Shown here one piece after another: positions 20,577-29,685 of a stretch of 29,685 nt of DNA; position 1 is the first letter of the stretch, and each line of letters starts with the position of its first letter. Source of the DNA: Tubiluchus corallicola (lineage: Eukaryota; Animalia; Priapulida); the NCBI GenBank assembly GCA_030141605.1, contig JAQGDQ010001683.1, forward strand, positions 1 to 29,685. The letters run 5' to 3'. The notes beneath the pieces were generated by a model. The model was not told the DNA's origin. It did no database searches and saw only the letters and a list, made by a program, of their open reading frames with translations. The position numbers were made by a program, and so were the translations under genes.

Positions 20577-23500
20577 TAGGGTGGCTGAACGAAAATTGTA
20601 GAGCGCGCCACCATAGCCGCAAGCGTGCTCATTTGATAGAGCTATGAGCATATAGTTAATTAAAAAACCAGATTTAAAATAATTAGTTTGTTCTGAAATG
20701 GCGGTCAGTTAAAGTTCAAAAAAGGCTTGCGTTTTAGGAGTAACAAAAAATGACTAAGTCCGGTTTGAGCAAAAAGTTAAAAATTGTACTTTTAGCATTC
20801 TATTATTTATAACTAAAAATTCCAAATACAGGCTTTAGTATGTTAGTGTTGTTAAATGGAGTGCATTGTACGAGAAATAATCATATCAAGTCATATGGCA
20901 ACATAGTATTCGTTTTTCCAGCATCCAAAATTCATCCAAATGATGTTTTACCTTAACAGGTGTGAAAATGGACCTTTTACGAAAGTGTGCTAACTTGTCA
21001 ACTTTAGTGTGTTATAAAAGATGCCAATTCAGCTGGTAGTTAATTGTTAATATAACTTTTGGTAGCTCAGTGTACATAGAACAGGTATTCATAAACACTT
21101 TGCACCTTCAGATTTATGCTAGGGAAAATTTTTACAGGAAAAACCTGGAAAACAGCATTTTTGTGAGTATTACCAAATTTACGATATGAAAACCATGCGT
21201 TTTAGAAAGTGGGATTTAGTTGGTTACACAGCCATTGAAGTGATTTTTCTGTGTTTAGTGCCAAGTCCATGATTTCCTCTTGTACAGGTAAAAATCTATG
21301 ATGAAGAAACCCCGTTGTCATGGCAACGCATTAATTAATTCAAATATATTTTTTGTTATTCAAATATCATTTTTGTTACTTCATGGTATAATATAAATGT
21401 TAACCGAATCATAATTAATGATGTGCGTTTTAGTACCCAAGACCGGTTATCAAGGGCTCCGCAACACTTATTGCTGGAAATTCTTAATTAGTTTCACCTG
21501 ACACAACTAATCGATAACTGTTTTATTTTATAATTTTAAATGCCAATTGTTACCTTTTCTCAGATACCCAGATAGAGTGATATCATTCTTAAGAAATGAT
21601 ACAGCATGGAAAAGCTGGATACATAATAGGTCTGCAATTTCTCCAGGTGCATGTAATGCACCCCTTGATCACACTTGTTTTAATGTATTTTTTCCTTTTT
21701 TCGGGCATATCTACTTGATGTTTTGTATTTTTGTTATGTATGTATAATGAAATTTTTCTAGTGTGAAAGCTGCATGACAAGTTTGCAATTTCCAGGTACA
21801 TCTAATCGACAATGCATGTATTTTTTGGCTGTAGTTAAATGTACTGTTAGCTCAGTGTCTAGCTCAGTAGGATTAACTGCCTGCAATGAAATGTCTTGTA
21901 ACATTATCTGAGGAACAAAATTGCCAAATACAGTTATTGCAATATGACTGTGTGTTGTAACTTGCAATATATGTAGAGCTTACAATTCCTGTTTCTCAAT
22001 TTCAAATGTGTACTAGATTTTAACTTGGCTAGAATATGTTCATTGTATATTATGTCCCATACAAATCGTACACTAGGGTTTTGCAGCAGATCTATTAGCA
22101 ATTTATTTTTCTTGTATTTGCTCACTACTTTTTTTAGACTTTTTTTGCTCTGCTATTAGTCAAGTTCATTCTTCAAAATTTTTTGTTTTTTATTTTACTG
22201 CTAGGTAAAGTCAAAAATGACAAAAGTTAAAAAATACTTAACTTGTAATAATGCAAAGTAAATTTATTATAAATAATGATGTTAACTACACAAAATATTC
22301 ATATCTGATTTCTTTGTATAGTACATTATACAATTTTTGTACCACTTTCTTAATATGAAGGTTTTAATGAATTAATGATAGACTACGCCTAGTTATCAAA
22401 CTTGGGTAAAAATGGAAAACGAAAAGTAAAATTATTGCAAGTAAACCTGATATGGGTTTTTTGAATACAAGTACAACATCAAACTACAAGAAGTCTAAGA
22501 TGCACCCACTCCTGCTGAGTATGTCTTCATGGTTGATTGCTGAGTTTTTAGGACAGATAAGATTGAAGAAACGAAGACTTAGTTAAAATGAATAGTGGTT
22601 CACATATTGGGTTGGTAAAATATATGACTATAAATTTATCATAGTAAAGTATAAAAGTATTTTACTAAAATTTGAATTTTCTGCACAAGAGATGCTAATG
22701 ATTTAAGCTTACTTTTAACAACAAGCATTTACGAGCTAATTTACAAAAGTTTACATGTTTGAAACTTTGATTTTTAAAATAGTACGTTAGATCTCAGAAA
22801 TGTCAACGGGTTTATTAATTATCTGATCTTGAACTCCAAATTCAAATGTTGATCTTTTAGCGGTTGTATAACGCAAAATGAAGATGACACTATAATAACT
22901 TTACTGGTCTGCAGGGTTCCACTAGGTTAGGTAAGATTTGCAAAAGCCTAGAAAAACAAGTTTTCAATATTTAAGTTTCTCATAATTATTCTTTAACATC
23001 ATAATAAATATCAAAATTAATAGTTTTGTTTATCATAGTTTTGTTGACTGGAAAACCTTTAGCTAAAACTAAAGTTTAGTCAGAATGGTTAATGAGAATA
23101 TGAAGGAATTAAATTCTTGGCAAATAAATACCTTAGTACTTTAACCTGCTTTCATTATAATGTGACTAACATAACACAAAAACCGCTAAAATATTGGCTG
23201 CACATAATAATTTTGGGAGTGTGAGGTGATTCTGGTTGGATATGCACAGTAAATTTTAGAGCATCTAGTCAATTGATTAGCAATTCACTTTAAGGCATAA
23301 TTTTGTACTGGTAGGCAATGAGCAAACAATAGAATTCAACATAGTAGCAAAATGTTGATCAAAACAAAAAATAACATAAAAAACTAAAATGTGTATTTAA
23401 AATTGTTTTAGACAAAGCAATTGTTTTAGAAGTTACAGTTAATGCTTTCAGAAGTAATTTCAGCTTGAGTAATAAGCAAAACTTTACCTGCATTAGCTAG

Positions 23501-24070
23501 GCCCACACAAAGTATTCTTAAATTTAAAAAGCATTTGAACCAATGTTACAGCGATAAAGTTAAGATTAGGCTTGGAAGAATAGTTTGAGATGCGAGCCAA
23601 TAAGATTTCCATTTTTCGAGGACTGAATAATGGCGTATATTTTCAAGATACGCTACTTTGATGACTAAAATGTTGGCGTTTAATTGTGGCTCGGGTCTTA
23701 AAATAATCAGCGGGGGTTTTTCTACACAGGTAAGCTTGAAATTTTAGGTTTTTAAGTTGTTAGTCTGGGCCGCAAATTGATTTGAAAATACCCATCGTAG
23801 TTTTTAAATTGTTGCCATTTTTGATGTCACGCTGACGGATCGATTGCAGTAAAGCCGTTTTTGACAACTTCACACGTTTCCTGCTCAAAACTTAGGACAG
23901 TACGGAAAATTAAATTTCGGCAGATAAAAGACCGATAACAGTAGTTTAACTGTATTAATTTGATTTTTAATTTACTTTCATATTGTTTGAAAACTGATAA
24001 CCGAAATATGCCAGAAAATGATGTTCTACCTTCATCTCCCACAATATGGCGGCGCGCGTGAGCCACCCTA
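20577..24070. mobile_element. Putative degenerate hAT-like DNA transposon of about 3.5 kb
   Basis: TIR TAGGGTGGCT...AGCCACCCTA, plus an inverted subterminal motif gcgcgccaccata / tatggcggcgcgc. Flanks ctaataa and ctagtag are a 5/7 match (possible old TSD). Broken minus-strand ORFs lie inside. Confidence 0.55.
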
Positions 24071-24793
24071 CTAGTAGCAATGTAACCTAGTACCTATGAG
24101 CTCGTTGTTATATATACTCGCATAGCCTTTATATAAAAGCTAGCTGCACAACTGCTTGTGGCGTGATACCTTGTGCTTGTGTGATGACCCTGATCTTGTA
24201 TTTTCTATGGGGGAATCAAAGAGGTGCATGCTGCATTTGTTTTACATCTCATAACAGAAGGGAGCTATTGTAATGTGGTTTGCACTGTTTGGCATTATTA
24301 TAGTTTTTGTTGTCTAGGGGAATGAATTGTGTGCGCCACAGTACATTAACCTCACTATAGTAATAGTATAGGTGTGAAGTTTGGGTCCATTTCTGCATAT
24401 GTGTACCAAATTGGATTACACTGAACCTGTGGAAAGAAAATGCAAATAAAGAAATTAAGTTTAACCAGTTTATTTTCTAATCATAAATCAGATACAATAA
24501 AATGATAGTAGGAGTAAACATTTCAATATAAGTTAATGACTTCAACTTTATTATTCAGAGCAAACTTCAATTTGAGTGTTGAAAATTATGCATTGTCAAT
24601 TTAAGGTTGCATCATTCTATTTCAGAATGCAGTGGGCTGTTCAATTTGTCAGATAAATATTTGTACATCTTTGCCTTAATTCAGTCACAAGTTCATGTGA
24701 CTGTGGCAATTTGAGTTATTTCATCCTTCAACTTGGAAGTTTGAGTTTTAATTTCTCACCTTTACTTCAGGTTTTTGTTTTCTCTGCTTTTGT

Positions 24794-25138
24794 CTCAGCA
24801 GGGGGCAGTGAATGCATGGATCTCGGCTAAAACACTTGCTTTATACACAAACACGGTGCTCAGCGCATGCGCGTGGCCAAGTGATACCATACTGCATGTG
24901 CAACGAGGGTTTTGAGCAACTGCTACTTATTTCCATTGGCATCTTCTTAATAAGCTACTAAATTGCTTATTTTACAGTTTACTTTGTCATCTACTTTCTC
25001 GTAATTATTTTACAGCTAACAAATAGTAACAATTGTTTAAGCTCTGCTAAAAATAATCTTCGGTAAATTAATTTATTTATCAAGCATCCCAATGGCTCTC
25101 AATTGGCGTGATTTCCTTGTTGCGCGCCCTCTATCGGC
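24794..25138. promoter_or_regulatory. Cluster of CTCF-like (24794-24810 +, 25123-25138 -) and NRF1/EWG-like (24863-24872) motifs
   Basis: ctcagcagggggcagtg, gcgccctctatcggc and gcgcatgcgc. Motif match only. Confidence 0.35.
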
Positions 25139-25168
25139 GGGTTGCATAGTTAGTTTTTGTAAACAAAC

Positions 25169-25208
25169 ATGTCCGCTCCCAGCGAAGGCATTATTTATTG
25201 TAGCAAAG
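25169..25208 (+). CDS. Possible first coding exon of the zinc-finger gene (MSAPSEGIIYCSK-G)
   Basis: caaacATG context like that of the endosulfine start. Donor AAG|gttagg is phase 1, matching the phase-1 acceptor at 27031. No homology support. Confidence 0.3.
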
Positions 25209-27030
25209 GTTAGGTGGGTTTTAAACAAGGCAAAAACACCCCACTAGTATGATAGTCACTAAATGTATGGATGCGGATCCGCCCAAGGAGCATGTTAAAA
25301 ATACGGGGGACTATGGCCTATTTGCACTCTATACACTCATGGATCTGAAGAAAAAGAAAGATCAAATGGCAGACATTAAAATAATTAATCAAATAATTTA
25401 ATCATCAACAAATTCCGGAGTGATTTGAAGTGAAAGTTTAGTAATAACAAAGATATAGCAATATTGACAAAGTTTGGGGTTAGTAGAGTATACACGTTTG
25501 CATAAAGTTCATGTCTGCCCACTATGTACCTAGGTTTTTTTGGAACACTTTTTCTTTAAAGCGAACAGTTTGTAGAACGGAAGCAATACGTCGTAATATA
25601 ACCATAATATGGCTAACTCCAACTCTGGTTGACGACCACAGCTTACACCAGCTAGGCTCTCACAGTATCACCATGTACACCATATCTTGTGTGAAACTTT
25701 CTAGTACGGCATTTCTCTTCAAAAACATATAACTTCACAGAGACGAGTAAACGACCTGTCTCGTTCTGTGTCAAGTTGCCGACCTCCTCTAAACAGTGTT
25801 GAACGAAGTTCATCGAGAAGCCACTCGCTTAAACAGCTATAATCTTATTCACCTGTGCACTATCGTTAACCTTGACTTAGCCACTGCATTACAGCCGCGA
25901 TAGGGCAGACAAGAGTGGGTCAGATGGAATTCAAAAGGGGGTTTGTTAATAGATGCCTGCATCCTAACAGATAATACAATTAACTATCACTGAGTAGTTA
26001 AATATCATACATCAATTAATTAAACATGCAGTGTGAATAGGGCTTAATGTTGCATAAGCATAATGTGGGAACTATTAAATGTAGGGCGAAACATGACAGG
26101 TTATAGTGGTTTACTCTTTAATAATCCTGGTCTCAGGAACCAGTTATAGCTGTGTGTTTATTACTATGGTCACTAGTACCAATTATCGTTGTCGTTATCA
26201 TGTAATATTAATCTCTTTAATTAATATTGATTCTTATCTCTCGCTCGTGATCGTATAACACGTGACCTAAGACACACGACTTATTTAAAGAGTGATTTGC
26301 ATCTATTACACTAATTGCTATAAGGTTATTCACAACCAGGCTCCTAGAGCTTAAGATAAAGTCTATAGAGCAATAATTCCTTCTCACAAGACTGTTTCTA
26401 TGACTCCGCGTTGTGAAAAGAGTCTTAATCTCTAAAGCTTACTAGCAAAAGTTCCCGCAATTGAACTCGTAGAATACTTAATGTACACAGCAAATCTTCA
26501 GATTCGTTTACAGAATTTAATGTTGCTTAACTGAAACACCTATAAGCATACTCAAACTATTCATTTAAGTTAAAGCGAAATCCGTTTATTGTTCACAACA
26601 AAAACTCTTAGTCAACTAATATTACAATGTTTGATCTTAATCGCCAAAGACACTCACAATTAATAATTAGCTCCAAGAGATACTAATCAGATTCACTTAA
26701 CTATTTCCTCGCTTCGCACTTAAGGTGCTAATTACAATGGAGGTGGGGAAGGCAGAGGGACAAAAATAGGATAAATGAGCAAAAATGGTCAGAAAATGAA
26801 ATTATTTCTTAGCTATTTGCTCTGTTTTTACTTACTAACATTCAAAAATGTAGAATTGTAGATTCTATACGTAGATATTTGTAATCGCAATTTGCTTTTG
26901 TGTCAATAAACTAATGTTTCTAGATGGTGTTCTTAAATCGTAAACCTGTTACATAGTCTTAATAATGATATTCAATAAGGATATTGCATTTTTAACTGTA
27001 AATTTTAGTTTTCCTTTCTTTTTGATACAG

Positions 27031-28037
27031 GTGTCGCCTCCTTATGTGACAAATCATTTTCTCAGCGAGGTGATCTTCTCAAGCACATGAACACTCACAC
27101 TGGAATGAAACCCCACAAATGTGACTTATGTGGCAAATCATTTTCTCAGCGAGGTGATCTTCTCAAGCACACGAACACTCATACTGGAATGAAACCCCAC
27201 AAATGTGACTTGTGTGACAAATCATTTTCTCAGCGAGGTAATCTTCTCAAGCACATAAACACTCATACTGGATTGAAACCCCACAAATGTGACTTATGTG
27301 ACAAATCATTTTCTCAGCGAGGTAGTCTTCTCAAGCATATGAACACTCATACTGCAACGAAACCTCACAAATGTGACTTATGTGACAAATCATTTTCTCA
27401 GCGAGGTGATCTTCTCAAGCACATGAACACTCATACTGGATTGAAACCCCACAAATGTGACTTATGTGACAAATCATTTTTTCAGCGAGGTCATCTTCTC
27501 ACACACATGAACACTCATACTGGATTGAAACCCCACAAATGTGACTTATGTGACAAATCATTTTCTCAGCGAGGTAGTCTTCTCACACACATGAACATTC
27601 ATACTGGATTGAAACCCCACAAATGTGACTTATGTGACAAATCATTTTCTCAACGAGGTCATCTTCTCGGGCACATGAACACACATAGTGGAATGAAACC
27701 CCACAAATGTGACTTATGTGACAAATCATTTTCTGAGCGAGGTCATCTTCTCAACCACATGAACACTCACACTGGATTGAAACCCCACAAATGTGACTTA
27801 TGTGACAAATCATTTTCTCAGCGAGGTAATCTTCTCACGCACATGAACACTCATACTGGAATGAAACCCCACAAATGTGACTTGTGTGACAAATCATTTT
27901 CTCGACGAGGTAATCTCTTCAGGCACACGAACACTCATACTGGAATGAAGCCACACAATTGTGACTTATGTGACAAATCATTTTCTCAACGAGGTAGTCT
28001 TCTGAAGCATATGAACACTCATACTATGTTGACATGA
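27031..28037 (+). CDS. C2H2 zinc-finger array protein, terminal exon (11 complete fingers plus one partial)
   Basis: Strong acceptor (ttttcctttctttttgatacag|GT) leads in frame into ORF 27087-28037. 28-aa repeat HKCDLCDKSFSQRGxLLxHMNTHTG(M/L)KP, stop TGA at 28035-28037, AATAAA near 28098. Confidence 0.9.
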
Positions 28038-28144
28038 GTCAACATAAACATTACAACATGTGAGTCAACATGTTACAGTAGTGTTATTAATAACTAATAA
28101 TAAAGTAATAATACAAAACTAATAGTAACTCGTTTTTTCTTCTA

Positions 28145-28230
28145 CAGTCAAACCTCTGTTTTCAACCATAATTTGTTCCTAAAAAGTGTTTGAAAACCGA
28201 TTTCGTTGAGAACCGAATCATTTATTCTCA
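28145..28230 (+). mobile_element. Left end of a probable Tigger/pogo-like element
   Basis: TA|CAGTCAAACCTC start typical of pogo/Tigger TIRs. Runs directly into the 14-bp satellite; no partner TIR in the window. Confidence 0.45.
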
Positions 28231-29685
28231 CATTGTGTTTATGCCATAGTGTTTATGCCATAGTGTTTATGCCATATTGTTTATGCCATGGTGTTGATAC
28301 CATAGTGTATATACCATTGTGTTTATACCTTAGTGTATATACCATTGTGTTTATACGATAGTGTTTATACCATAGTGTTTATATCATAGTGTATATACCA
28401 TAGTGTCTATACCGTAGCATTTATACCATAGTGTTTATACCGTAGCATTTATACCATAGTGTTTATACCGTAGCATTTATACTGTAGTGTTTATACCATA
28501 GGGTATATACCATTGTGTTTATACCATAGTGTTTATACCGTAGTATTTATACCATAGTGTATATACCATAGTGTTTATACCGTAGCATTTATACAATAGT
28601 GTTTATACCATAGTGTATATACCATTGTGTTTATACCATAGTGTATATACCATTGTGTTTATACGATAGTGTATATACCATTGTGTTTATACGATAGTGT
28701 ATATACCATTGCGTTTATACGATAGTGTATATACCATTGTGTTTATACCATAGTCTATATACCATTGTGTTTATACGATAGTGTATATACCATTGTGTTT
28801 ATACCATAGTGTATATACCATTGCGTTTATACGATAGTGTATATACCATTGTGTTTATACCATAGTGTATATACCATTGTGTTTATACCATAGTGTATAT
28901 ACCATTGTGTTTATACGATAGTGTATATACCATTGTGTTTATACGATAGTGTCTATACCATTGTGTTTATACCATAGTGTATATACCATTGCGTTTATAC
29001 GATAGTGTATATACCATTGTGTTTATACCATAGTGTATATACCATTGTGTTTATACGATAGTGTATATACCATTGTGTTTATACGATAGTGTATATACCA
29101 TTGTGTTTATACCATAGTCTATATACCATTGCGTTTATACGATAGTGTATATACCATTGTGTTTATACGATAGTGTATATACCATTGCGTTTATACGATA
29201 GTGTATATACCATTGTGTTTATACCATAGTGTATATACCATTGCGTTTATACGATAGTGTATATACCATTGTGTTTATACCATAGTCTATATACCATTGT
29301 GTTTATACGATAGTGTATATACCATTGTGTTTATACCATAGTGTATATACCATTGTGTTTATACGATAGTGTATATACCATTGTGTTTATACGATAGTGT
29401 ATATACCATTGCGTTTATACGATAGTGTATATACCATTGTGTTTATACCATAGTCTATATACCATTGTGTTTATACGATAGTGTATATACCATTGTGTTT
29501 ATACCATAGTGTATATACCATTGCGTTTATACGATAGTGTATATACCATTGTGTTTATACCATAGTGTAAATACCATTGTGTTTATACCATAGTGTATAT
29601 ACCATTGTGTTTATACGATAGTGTATATACCATTGTGTTTATACGATAGTGTCTATACCATTGTGTTTATACCATAGTGTATATA
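28231..29685. repeat. 14-bp satellite with 28-bp higher-order dimer, continuing past the window end
   Basis: (c/g)atagtgtatatac / cattgtgtttatac alternating, about 100 monomers. Confidence 0.97.

Noticed and set aside
25769-26098. Solo LTR candidate (TGTCA...TGACA)
   Set aside because: No target-site duplication, second LTR, PBS or PPT seen.

Overview
AT-rich, intron-containing animal (probably invertebrate) genomic DNA that is dense in repeats; no prokaryotic operons, CRISPR arrays or RNA genes were recognised. Two protein-coding loci are supported. (1) A four-exon alpha-endosulfine/ARPP-19 gene on the minus strand (18351-18286, 17560-17462, 15620-15561, 9700-9524; 133 aa, with KAKYP, FDSGDY and RKSS motifs), which the ORF track largely misses. 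(2) A plus-strand terminal exon encoding 11 near-identical C2H2 zinc fingers (27031-28037). The most striking structure is a 4.56-kb array of about 50 x 92-bp units in endosulfine intron 3. Its unit is a copy of the last 14 nt of exon 3 plus its GTAAGT splice donor, so the real donor is followed by 49 duplicate donor positions. On its other side the same 60-nt exon is flanked by a 20-bp minisatellite with 23 perfect CRE (TGACGTCA) sites. The window opens with an approximately 99%-identical palindrome of at least 2.56 kb that runs through a decayed CR1/L2-like LINE. The rest is minisatellites, microsatellites and non-autonomous DNA transposons (Tc1/mariner, Tigger-like, hAT-like, Helitron-like). 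All coordinates and counts were read by eye.
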